Shown: piece by piece, positions 18,446 to 28,588 of the stretch
Layout of the letters: every line of letters begins with the position of its first letter
How positions within the stretch are numbered: position 1 is the first letter of the stretch
Origin: a virus
Direction: 5' to 3' (one strand)
DNA length: 64,000 nucleotides
Virus record (IMG/VR): IMGVR_UViG_3300029305_002311
Made by a program: the position numbers and the translations under genes
Notes under the pieces: generated by a model
The model's database searches: none
Seen by the model: only the letters and a program-made list of their open reading frames with translations
Told to the model about the DNA's origin: nothing

Positions 18446-20405
18446 TTATACTCCTGGAACCCATCCTTTATCTATTAAATTCTGGTAGTTAGGTAGGTTC
18501 TTACATATATTTATTTGTGCATTAGTAAATCCTACGTTTCTTAAGTTCATATTACTTGTAGAAGTAACATTTGAATTTACATACATTGCTAATATATTAT
18601 CTAAACTTTGATTACTTAGTTTAGTACAGTTACTCCACATGTGATATGTAACATTCATTTTTGGAGTATACATATAAGGAACATCAACTAAATTAACGCA
18701 TCCTCTGCAAAAGTCATAAAAGTTATTTACTTGTGTTATTGAAATAAACTCTGGCAAAGAAGTTAGATTCTTACAGTTTAAGAAAGTACCAGATAAGTTA
18801 TTAGCATTAGGTAAATAATAGCCAACTGCAGTAACTAAGTTTGTGCAACCATTAAACATACAACGTAAGCTTTTTGCATTCCTTAGATTCCATTCTGGTG
18901 CCTCTCGTAAATTAGTACAATTAGTAAAGCATCCATCTAGCCAAACTACATTGCAAGTATTCCAATTAGGCGCTGATTGTAGTTTAGTGCATCCATTAAA
19001 AGTGTACTGCATTCCAGTTACTTTACCAGTATTCCAGTTAGGTGCAGTAACTAAGTTGTTGCAGTTTATAAAAGTATTGCTTATAGAGGTAGCATTAGCT
19101 GTATTCCAGTCAGCTACATATGTTAATCTGTAACAATATTGAAAAGAGTTATTGAAGTCTGTTATGTTCTCTACAGGTAAATTAGGAACTGTTTGTAGAT
19201 TACTACAGCTAGCAAAAGTTCCATATAATCCTTTAATATTAGGAAAATACCAGTCATTAGGGTCAATAGTTGTAAGACCGGTACTTGCAAAAGCATTCAT
19301 TAGACTAGTGGCTTTTACAAAATTTCTATTAGGTATTCTAGTTAAATTACTACAATATGTAAATGAGTTTAGCATATTTAATACATTGCCACCGTCAAAC
19401 TCTGGAGCTTCTTTAAGATTATAGCATCCAGAAAAACATTGTCCGATAGTGTTAGCTTTTTTAATGTTAAAGTTATTTACCTTTTCTAACTTCTGACATC
19501 CGCATAAATATTCCTGTAGCATTTATTACATTAGAAAAATCAATACCATCTACTTCTGTTAATGATGTACAATATGCGAAAGAGTAAGGCATATTTTTTA
19601 TGTTTCTTGTATTCATGTTAGGAAGTCTTATTAGCATGTTGCATCCATAGAAAGTACTATTCATACTAGTAACAGTGCTTTTCCAATATAAATCAGGTAG
19701 TCTACGAAGTTGTTGACAATTACGAAAAGCATTATCTATATAATTGCAATTAGCTAAGTTTAGGCCTGCAATATATCTTAAATTTCTACAGTTATTAAAC
19801 ATACCACTTATACTAGAAAATTTACCAGTATTTAAATTAGGAATATATTGAATAGTTTGTTTATTTGCAAATGTAGTATATGATGGTTGAGTTATTCCAT
19901 CTGTATCTATCATATAGTCTAAAGTATCTAATCCTTGCTCACATATATGCATTATAGTTTGACCTGGGTCTTCAGTCATTGTGTTTGTTAACACATTTAT
20001 TTTTCCTGATACAACTCCATTATTTCCTAAATATACTGCATTTGTAAAACCATGCCAGCTTTCAGCTTCTATTCCAGTCACTACTGGAGTCCAAGCTGAG
20101 TTTTCATATCTAAAAGTTCCATTAAATATAGAGTTATCCAGAGAGTATACCATAGCTACGTCTCCATCATTTGGAGATTCTACAGAGTATAGTTCATCTA
20201 AAGAAGAGAACATCATTATCTCTCCTTCAGCCACACTACCTCCTCCTGTCTGTATATTCTCTATCTTAGCTATATAACTTCTAAATGGGTCATTATCATT
20301 TACAATTTGGCCTTTTTCATTAATAGCATCTCTTATGCAACTCTTAGTTTCATTTAAATAATCCAAGTTATCAACTAAATCTTGTATGTTATACTCATAA
20401 GACAT
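18446..20405 (-). CDS. BspA-like LRR protein, single gene split by a frame disruption at 19504-19505
   Basis: Tracked as 18446..19522 and 19473..20435; joined protein reads ...NVINATGIF|SGCQKLEKVNNFNIKKA... Confidence 0.75.
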
Positions 20406-20422
20406 TCTTATTCTCCTTCCTA

Positions 20423-22309
20423 TTAGTAGCTCCAACCCGCTGCATCTAATTCTTCTAATCTATTTTCAAATCTATAAAAACTTATGTTTGTGTTGTTAAA
20501 TGGACTAAATGAATTCATATTGCTTAAATTTTTAGCTGTTCCTGCTACTATGCTGTTAAGTGCCATATTTACTATATTCTGTATAGCTGCATCAGATAAG
20601 TTATTGCATCCCATAAACATTTTATCTAGTCTATTTGTATTAGAAGTATTAAATTGTTGTACATCAGTTAACTTAAAACAATTTAAAAACATATATGACA
20701 TATTATCAGCATTAGCTGTGTTTATTTCAGATATAGACGTTAAATTAGGACAAGTGTGGAACATACTTTGAACATTTGTAAGTTTATTTGCATTAATTAA
20801 GTTTATATTTGATAAATTATTACAATATTGAAATATTCTATAAGCATTTTCTACTGAAGAAAAATCAAGCGGCTCTAGAGTATGAAGATTTCTAAATCCA
20901 ACAAATAAATTAGCTACATTTACTATATTTCCTGTGTTAGTTATCTTTAAATAATTAGCATCATTCTTATAAGAAGTTATGAAGCTTAGAATTTCTTTAA
21001 GTGAAGTTGCTTCAATAACATCTTCTTCAGCTAAATCAAAATTAGTTAATGTTGAATTTGAGATAGTGTTAACTGCAATTGAATATGTTGGTAAGTTATA
21101 ATCAATAACTATAGGTACATTCCATCCATTAATAACTGCTTTAGAAGCTGCCATCGAAGGTATATTAGATATTTGAGATTCAGTCAATCCATAATAATTT
21201 AAAGTGTTTATTCCAAGGCTTGCAGCAGTTGTCTCTTCATAGCATGGTAAAAAATCAACTATGTTAGATAATGACTCTCTAGTAAGACTCGGACAGTTTA
21301 AAAACATCTCTTCGTGTCTGTAAATTTGAGTTCTATTTAGAGTAGCAGCTCTTATTGTGCCTACATGCTCTAAATTTATACAATTATGAAACATTCTGTA
21401 AAAACTTCTAGCTGCAAATGAAGATACTATACCTCCATTTGCATAAGCGCTCCCTCCAATACCACCCGTATATGATTTTAAATTGGTACAATTTTCAAAC
21501 ATGTGCTCTGCATTTCTTATAAGAGCCATGCTATAAGTATAGCCTGTGAGATTACTACAATTATAAAATGCATAGTCCGCATTATATACACTAGTTAAAT
21601 TTACAGCTACAGTCATATTGCTACAATTGTAGCAAATATAGTCTGCTTCTCTTATAGTATTTAAGTTAGTGGTGTGTGGGTATAATAAATTTACAGCATT
21701 ATAAAACATATGTGATGCATTAGTTATTTTCTTATTATTAAAAGTCATCAATCCTGGTACAAATTCTCTTCTATAATTAGCAAATAAGTTTGCAACAGTA
21801 GTTAAGTTAAGCACATTCAACTTAGAAAAGTATGCATTATGAACATTATTTATATCATTTACATATGTATTTACAGACCCAGTATATAATATCTGTGTGT
21901 TAGCAGTTCCAGTAGATATACCATTAGGCCCATAGTATTCTATACCTGAAAGTATTAAAGAATCAGTAGCATCAAATTGAGTAGGCGCTGGTTCCCATTT
22001 ACTCTCATTATATCTATAAACTCCATAAAAAGCTGGAGTTTCCATATCAAAGACTAAAGCTATATCATCCACTTTTGGAGTAGTGAAATTATTCATTTCT
22101 TCTATCGAATTAAAGTGTTTAGCGGAAGCATTAGCATAGCCACCGCCTCCACCAGATTGTATATTTGATATTTTAATTGCGTAGCTTCTAAAAGTATCAT
22201 TATCTGATATTTCCTGTCCCTTGTTTTCTATAGCTTGTCTCATTAAGTTCTTAGTTTCATTTAGATAATCTAAATTATCAAATAAATTTTGAGGTGTATT
22301 AGTAGACAT
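20423..22309 (-). CDS. BspA-like LRR tail-fibre/adhesin-like protein
   Basis: MSTNTPQNLFDNLDYLNETKNLMRQAIENKGQEI; LRR repeats; C-cap. Confidence 0.8.
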   Translation of the reverse strand: MSTNTPQNLFDNLDYLNETKNLMRQAIENKGQEISDNDTFRSYAIKISNIQSGGGGGYANASAKHFNSIEEMNNFTTPKVDDIALVFDMETPAFYGVYRYNESKWEPAPTQFDATDSLILSGIEYYGPNGISTGTANTQILYTGSVNTYVNDINNVHNAYFSKLNVLNLTTVANLFANYRREFVPGLMTFNNKKITNASHMFYNAVNLLYPHTTNLNTIREADYICYNCSNMTVAVNLTSVYNADYAFYNCSNLTGYTYSMALIRNAEHMFENCTNLKSYTGGIGGSAYANGGIVSSFAARSFYRMFHNCINLEHVGTIRAATLNRTQIYRHEEMFLNCPSLTRESLSNIVDFLPCYEETTAASLGINTLNYYGLTESQISNIPSMAASKAVINGWNVPIVIDYNLPTYSIAVNTISNSTLTNFDLAEEDVIEATSLKEILSFITSYKNDANYLKITNTGNIVNVANLFVGFRNLHTLEPLDFSSVENAYRIFQYCNNLSNINLINANKLTNVQSMFHTCPNLTSISEINTANADNMSYMFLNCFKLTDVQQFNTSNTNRLDKMFMGCNNLSDAAIQNIVNMALNSIVAGTAKNLSNMNSFSPFNNTNISFYRFENRLEELDAAGWSY

Positions 22310-22322
22310 TTAGTCCTCCTCT

Positions 22323-23372
22323 CTATAGTTGCTCAGCTATTGTCTGTACACTCCTCTCTATATCTTCATAAGTCTTCTCATTTACTGGTTTACTAAACAT
22401 TAATTCTATAAATTGCTCCAAAGTTTGTTTGAATATTATTCCTTGCAAATGAGCTCCTTTTGAATTGTAAGAATTAGTGTACATGTTCTTGTAATCATCC
22501 TTAGAAATAAATTCTTGTATTTGTTTATAATAATCATAGTAGAACTTTCTAGAAAGCTCCTCAATGGCTTCTAGTGTTTCTGGAGGTACTTCTTTTGCTA
22601 AGGCTACATTGTAATATATAAAACAGCTAAATGCTGTTTCTAATGCAGCAGGCGCAATATTTTTAAGAGGAACTCCCTCTCTTTGAGCTACATTATATGC
22701 ATGATGTAGATTATAAATATAACCAGGAGTACAGATTCCGAATTCATATTCATCTTTCCCTCTTCTAGTTATAGATGCTTCATTATAATGCCATTCGTAT
22801 GTAGCTGCATGTAGTACTTTTCCTCCATCTGGTCCCATTTCATTTTGTGCAATTAGATTACACATGTTATTGAATCCAACATCTTCATTACTTCTTGTTG
22901 GAGTAAATCTAATATTGTGTTCATCTAAAAAGCTTCTTCTATAAATATGTCCAAACACCCAAACTAGATTTGCTTGCATAGGAGCTTGCTCACAATTCTT
23001 TCCAATTTGAATAAATGGACTAATTATAAATTTAGCTGAAGTATCTTTCATAGGTTTAGATAATAGTGTTAGAGAACAAGCCTCATAAAAGGTATCATCT
23101 GCATCTATAAAAGTTATAAAGTCCTCTTTAGTGTTGTCTATTCCGTATTGTCTAGCATACCCAGGACCTCTGTTAGTTTCATACCCTACTTCTTTAATAT
23201 CTAGAAAAGGTAGAAACTGGTTAACTATTTCTTTATAGTCTTTTCCTCCATCATTTACTATAGTTACCTTTAGTTCTTTTCTGTTTAACTGCATTGCTAT
23301 GCTGCTTAATGTTCTAATAATAGTGTCATGTGAATTATAAGCTGGAATTATTACATCAATCATTACTATCAA
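22323..23372 (-). CDS. Family 2 glycosyltransferase (GT-A fold)
   Basis: IDVIIPAYNSHDTIIRTLSSI...TIVNDGGKD...NRGPGYARQYGI...DFITFIDADD. Confidence 0.9.
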   Translation of the reverse strand: MIVMIDVIIPAYNSHDTIIRTLSSIAMQLNRKELKVTIVNDGGKDYKEIVNQFLPFLDIKEVGYETNRGPGYARQYGIDNTKEDFITFIDADDTFYEACSLTLLSKPMKDTSAKFIISPFIQIGKNCEQAPMQANLVWVFGHIYRRSFLDEHNIRFTPTRSNEDVGFNNMCNLIAQNEMGPDGGKVLHAATYEWHYNEASITRRGKDEYEFGICTPGYIYNLHHAYNVAQREGVPLKNIAPAALETAFSCFIYYNVALAKEVPPETLEAIEELSRKFYYDYYKQIQEFISKDDYKNMYTNSYNSKGAHLQGIIFKQTLEQFIELMFSKPVNEKTYEDIERSVQTIAEQL

Positions 23373-23411
23373 CTCTCCTTTTAAAATATTCTCCTATTAA
23401 AATATATAAAA

Positions 23412-23439
23412 AGAGAGCAAACTGACTTGTCTGCTCTCT
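23412..23439 (-). terminator. Intrinsic terminator
   Basis: AGAGAGCA...TGCTCTCT followed by TTTTTATAT on minus strand. Confidence 0.75.
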
Positions 23440-23457
23440 TAATTTACTTTACTCTAT

Positions 23458-25525
23458 TTAATATACCCAACCAGCTTCAGTAAGTTCAGTCAATCTATTA
23501 GAGTAGTAAGTTGATTTAAACTTAGTTCCATATAGAGGACTATATGCATTTGCGTTACTTAAATTCATCCTTGTTGTAGATGTTATATTGCTATTTAATA
23601 TCATGTTAACTATATTTTGAATTGACGCATTTGTTAAAGAATTACACTTATAGAACATGTTTTGCATATTAATGCAGCTACTAGCATTAAAATCAGGTAC
23701 ATTCTTTAAAGCTGTGCAATTAAAGAACATTTGTGACATATTGTTTACTAAGTGTAAATTGTAAGCTGGTACATCAGTTATTTTATTGCATTGGTAAAAC
23801 ATTCTATTAGCAGTTTTTACATTCTCTAAGTTGAAATAAGGTACAGATGTTAAATTAAAACAGTTGCCGAAAGTACCTACTGTGTTAGATATATTTAATG
23901 ATAAATCGAACTCTGGCACTGTAGTTATCTTAGTACCATAAAAAGCCTCTGCTATATTCGTACAGTTAGATAGATTGTAGTTAGGTACAGATGTTATATT
24001 TAAGTTCTGGAATGTTTTAGAAATACTAGTACAATTAGTTAGGTCAAACTCTGGTACTGTAGTTATATTCACACAGTTTTGCATTAACCCTTCTACGCTT
24101 ACTGCAGAAGAAGTATTAAAGTTAGGTATTGAAGTTAACGAAGTACAGTTGCAACATAAGTATGCCATGTTATGAGCATTAGCAGTATTAAAATTAGGCA
24201 TAGATGTCATTTTACAATTATATAACATATATACGAAGTGACCTACATTGCTAGTATCGAAATTAGGTATTGAGGTTAGTTTACCGCAATTATAGAGCAT
24301 TTGAGCTACGTTGTCTGCTTTAGAAGTATTAAAGTTTGGAACTGAAGTAATGTTACCACAGTTGTAGAGTAGACTAGCCATATTTACGCAATTGACAGTG
24401 TTAAAATTAGGTATCGAAGTTAGCTTAGTACAATGGCTAAATGCACTGCACATACTCTCTACATTAGGAGTATTAAAATATGGCACTGAAGTTAGATTTC
24501 TACAATTATAAAGCATATAAGACATATTAGTTACTTTCTCCATACTATAATTAGGAACTGAAGTAATATTACCACAGTTGTAGTACATATAGTATGTATT
24601 CTCTAAATTAGAAGAATCAAAGTCTATACCTGAAGTTAGAGTAGTACAGTTTTGATAAGTCTTAGCGGTGCTCACACACCCATTTATATCTACAGTTGGA
24701 ACTGTAGTAAAGTCTTTCACATTATAAAATAAATTATAAGCATTCATTACTTGTAAATTCTTATATGAATTATATAAATTAAATCTTAACTTTGCTTGTT
24801 CTGCATTAAGATTTGTAGTTTGAGCTAAAGTTCCTTTTTCTACTCCATTAACTCCTAAGAAAGTAGTATTTAGCACATCATCTGCTTTTGTATCAAATTG
24901 TGTTTCTGGTATTACCCATTCTCCATTTGTATATCTATAAAGTCCTAAAAAATGGTCTACATAAACTTTAGCAAAATTAAATACAGGGCTATCTTCATAA
25001 CTAGCAGAAGTACTAAATTCTCCACCTAAGTCAATAGTAACACCTTCTTCATGACTAGTTAGAGTGTATGTAATACCATCTGTTGAAGAGTATACTACTA
25101 TCTGTTCTGTTGAAGTATAATTTCCATCCTCATCTCTTAGTCTTTTGTAAAGTCTAAAGTATGTAGGGTATAGCATCATAGAATAGTATACTTCTGTTGT
25201 AGGAAGTAATGCTACAGAATAGTTAGTATCTATAGCCTTATCTAGTGTCACTTGGTAAGGGAAAGTGATTGTAGTAGTTTTTTGTCCGCGCTTTTAAATT
25301 AGTTAGGTCATTCTTAAATACTATAGCTGAGTCTCCTTCCTCATTTCCAGTAGAATCTTGCATCTGTTGGACTGAAGAAAACATTCTAAAATCTTCTGTA
25401 AATTCACCACCTTTTAATAGACCTTCTATGCTAAAGGCAGTAACTCCATCTTTTAAATTTTCTGGTGTTATTTTAGTTACTCTTTCTTGTAGTATTTGAT
25501 TTGCTTTTTCTAAAAGTGTTGCCAT
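23458..25525 (-). CDS. BspA-like LRR protein, single gene split by a frame disruption near 25278-25291
   Basis: Tracked as 23458..25251 and 25238..25525; open frame upstream of the GTG pseudo-start reads QKTTTITFPYQVTLDKAIDTNYS. Confidence 0.7.
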
Positions 25526-25998
25526 TAGTTATTTACCTCCTTCTCCTTAAATTCTTTCTCTATTTGAGCAAGTCTTTTCTTTATCATGCTGGACATCATA
25601 CTGTTATCATTTAACTTAGGAGAATATTCAATCTTTATATCATTTTCTTTAACTTTTAAAAATTTGTCTATACATTTATTTAAGTCTATAACAATCTCTT
25701 TCTCTGATTCATTATAGTCTTTATCATCTGGATTTTTATGATATATCTGTAAATTTGGTATTTTTGATATTATTTCAGTATTTATTGTAAGTCTAGTCAT
25801 ATTATTATTTGTATTAAAATTCATATAATCTGGTATTATGGTACAACAAATTAACCCGTGCTCATTCGCTCTTAACTCATTTGATAACTCTATGTTTTTA
25901 CATTTATCAGCTATAGTAAAATGATATATCAACTTCGGTATCTCTTTTACAGAGTCATCTTCTTTTAGGTACTTCATAAGTAAATCATTAAATTTCAT
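25525..25998 (-). CDS. Hypothetical protein
   Basis: ORF track. Confidence 0.55.
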   Translation of the reverse strand: MKFNDLLMKYLKEDDSVKEIPKLIYHFTIADKCKNIELSNELRANEHGLICCTIIPDYMNFNTNNNMTRLTINTEIISKIPNLQIYHKNPDDKDYNESEKEIVIDLNKCIDKFLKVKENDIKIEYSPKLNDNSMMSSMIKKRLAQIEKEFKEKEVNN

Positions 25999-26009
25999 TT
26001 CTTACCTCC

Positions 26010-28193
26010 TTAATATGACCAACCTGCCGCTGATAGTTCTGATAGTCTATTAGAATAATAGCTGCTGTTGAATTTAGTATTTGATAATGGACTATAATAA
26101 TTACCTACATTTAAATTAGTATAAGAAACTCCAGTAATACCACTATTTAAACACATGTTAATTATATTTTGTATAGATGCGTTAGTTAAATTATTGCATC
26201 TGCCTGCTATGCATGAAAGCCCATTATTTCCTATTAAAGATACATCTAACTGAGGTATATCTGTTAAATTTTCACATCCACTGCACATAAAGCTATAATC
26301 ATTAGATTTTAAATTAGGAACAGTTGTTAAATTAGTGCACATTTGGAAAGCTTGTTTTAAGCTTGGATTTGATGCAACGTTAAATTTAGGAACGGTTGTT
26401 AAATTAGTACAACCATAGAAAGCTCTACACATATTCGTGACTTTTGAGAAGTTATAGTTAGGTATTGAAGTTATATTAGTACAATCTTCAAATATACAAT
26501 GTGCAAAAGTTAAATTATTAAAGTTAAATTCTGGTAAAGATGTTACACTTGAACATTTTCTAAAAGCTCCAGCTGCATTAATAACTTGTTTAGTATCTAA
26601 ATTAGGAATAGATGTTAATTGAGTGCAATTATAGAACATATTTGTTATATCTACAGCTTTACTAGTGTTTAAGTTGCTTATTGCGTAAAGATTAGCTTGG
26701 TCTCTAAATAAAGAAGAAAAATTAGTTAAGCTACTTGTATTTACTAGTGAAGTTCCATCAAGTCTCACTGGAGCTATTCTCATGTTTGATGGCAATGTTT
26801 TATTATCATCAGTTAAAACTATATCTTCTAAATTAGAGTATGCAACCATAGATTTAGCAGTAACTTCTGCACTAAAGTCATTCATTTCAGTAGATACTTC
26901 TACTCCAAGAGTTCCTTCTTCTACTCCGTTTTTCCCATAAAATATTCCACCATAAACTATATCACTAGTTGCATTAAATTGTGTAGGTGCGAGTGTATAT
27001 AAGTACTCTTTTTTATAACATTCATTCACATTATATGGAGCTGCAGTTTCATTTTCATCTCCCTCAGCACCATTCCAAGTAGAGTAATAAGCATCTATAG
27101 TCATGGCAAGATGTCCTGCATCAGAAGTACTTGGGTAAAATCTAGGTGGGTATGATATTGGTAAAATATCTATAAGGTAATAAGTTCTAAAGTATGTTTT
27201 ATGTGATTTGCTAGAGTCTAGTGATAGAACTTCTTCTGTATAAGTCATATTGTCTAAATCTAAAGTAACCATTGATGGTGTTGTAGTTTTATAAATACAA
27301 AGACCTATAATATTTCCATTCATATCACCTGCTAAGCTAGCATTATTAAAGTTATTATTTCTATCTGGGTTTACTATAAAGAATACTTTACCTTCTGTAT
27401 TTAAATAAAGTCCTATATTATTTATACTATAAACACCATAGCCTTTGTCTATTTGATATTGATTAATTAAAGTATTTATTTTATTTAAATCATAGTGACC
27501 GGGTATGAAAGTTCCATCCCAGTTCCAGCTAGAAATAGCATCATTTTCAATATTAAATGTCATATTACGTAAGTCAGCAAATCTTATAAATTCTTTATTT
27601 AATATTTCTATTCTTTCATACAATCCTTCAAACTCTTTGGTTCCAGTTTTAATAAAGTAGCCGATAGCATCATTCCAGTATTCTGCATAATAGTAGTAAA
27701 TTTCAACACCAAAGTCTACTTCCTCTTCTCCTCCGTCTGTTCTTGAGTAATTGATACCATCTGAACTTTCATACTGAATCCTTATGTTACTAGAGTCTGT
27801 GTAACACTCCATCATAAATCTATTTGAGTCTAACTGACCCCAACATTCAAACATAATAGAAGAATCAACTGCTCTATACATTATCTCAATATAATCAGAT
27901 ACTGCAGTTGATAACTTTACAGTATTTGGGAAAATAGCTTTGCTAAATCTACTATTTACAGTAGCATTACCAGTTGCATCTTTGTATACTAAAGCTAAGT
28001 CTCCTACTTCAGCAGTAGTATCAGCATTCATTTCTTCTACTGTAGAGAATAATTTAACTCCCTCTGTTGCTGCTCCTGCTTCTAAAGCTCCCTCTATGTC
28101 AAATATCTTTATTCCCTTTTTAATGTTCTCTGGTATTATCTTCTCATTCTTTTCTTGTAGTATTTCATTCGATACTTCTAATATAGTTGACAT
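26010..28193 (-). CDS. BspA-like LRR tail-fibre/adhesin-like protein with extended N-terminal half
   Basis: N-module VSNEILQEKNEKIIPENIKKGIKIFDIEGALEAG; LRRs; C-cap NRLSELSAAGWSY. Confidence 0.8.
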   Translation of the reverse strand: MSTILEVSNEILQEKNEKIIPENIKKGIKIFDIEGALEAGAATEGVKLFSTVEEMNADTTAEVGDLALVYKDATGNATVNSRFSKAIFPNTVKLSTAVSDYIEIMYRAVDSSIMFECWGQLDSNRFMMECYTDSSNIRIQYESSDGINYSRTDGGEEEVDFGVEIYYYYAEYWNDAIGYFIKTGTKEFEGLYERIEILNKEFIRFADLRNMTFNIENDAISSWNWDGTFIPGHYDLNKINTLINQYQIDKGYGVYSINNIGLYLNTEGKVFFIVNPDRNNNFNNASLAGDMNGNIIGLCIYKTTTPSMVTLDLDNMTYTEEVLSLDSSKSHKTYFRTYYLIDILPISYPPRFYPSTSDAGHLAMTIDAYYSTWNGAEGDENETAAPYNVNECYKKEYLYTLAPTQFNATSDIVYGGIFYGKNGVEEGTLGVEVSTEMNDFSAEVTAKSMVAYSNLEDIVLTDDNKTLPSNMRIAPVRLDGTSLVNTSSLTNFSSLFRDQANLYAISNLNTSKAVDITNMFYNCTQLTSIPNLDTKQVINAAGAFRKCSSVTSLPEFNFNNLTFAHCIFEDCTNITSIPNYNFSKVTNMCRAFYGCTNLTTVPKFNVASNPSLKQAFQMCTNLTTVPNLKSNDYSFMCSGCENLTDIPQLDVSLIGNNGLSCIAGRCNNLTNASIQNIINMCLNSGITGVSYTNLNVGNYYSPLSNTKFNSSYYSNRLSELSAAGWSY

Positions 28194-28194
28194 T

Positions 28195-28578
28195 CTATCC
28201 CTCCTCTCCATTCATTATATTATCTAAAATTGCTTCTACTTCTTCTTCAGTTCCACCAAGTCCTTCATACTCTTCGTTAGTTCTAAGAACTTGATTTAGA
28301 GCATTCATTGAAAGAACTCCCTCAGATGGAACTCCATATTCTATCCAAGCTCCATTAATAAATCTAAAAAGACCTTCAAATGAAGTGTTATATACTATTG
28401 CAAATGTTCTGTCTGGTAAATCTAAAGAAGCTTCCATCTCTTCTTTTGTATTAAATATTGTAGGAGCAGACCCAATTATATCAAATAATTGGATTCCTGC
28501 TTTAAAGTTTTCTGGTATTATCTTTTCATTCTTTTCTCGTAATATTCTATTAAGCTTTGTTTCTAATCCTGTAGCCAT
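28195..28578 (-). CDS. Stand-alone copy of alternative N-terminal module
   Basis: LETKLNRILREKNEKIIPENFKAGIQLFDIIG. Confidence 0.65.
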   Translation of the reverse strand: MATGLETKLNRILREKNEKIIPENFKAGIQLFDIIGSAPTIFNTKEEMEASLDLPDRTFAIVYNTSFEGLFRFINGAWIEYGVPSEGVLSMNALNQVLRTNEEYEGLGGTEEEVEAILDNIMNGEEG

Positions 28579-28588
28579 ATCATACCTC

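Noticed and set aside
18843-19424. Plus-strand ORFs antisense to LRR genes (and other 60-100 aa plus-strand ORFs throughout)
   Set aside because: They are low-complexity antisense reflections of AT-rich repeat codons, lack RBSs and lie wholly within convincing minus-strand genes.
12683-28193. Dense ~72-nt periodic repeats resembling a CRISPR or tandem DNA repeat
   Set aside because: Period matches the 24-aa LRR unit in frame; repeats are degenerate at DNA level and have no spacer structure.
28195-28578. Fourth frameshifted array gene
   Set aside because: ORF terminates normally and the next gene (26010-28193) begins with its own complete N-module; no open alternative frame joins them.
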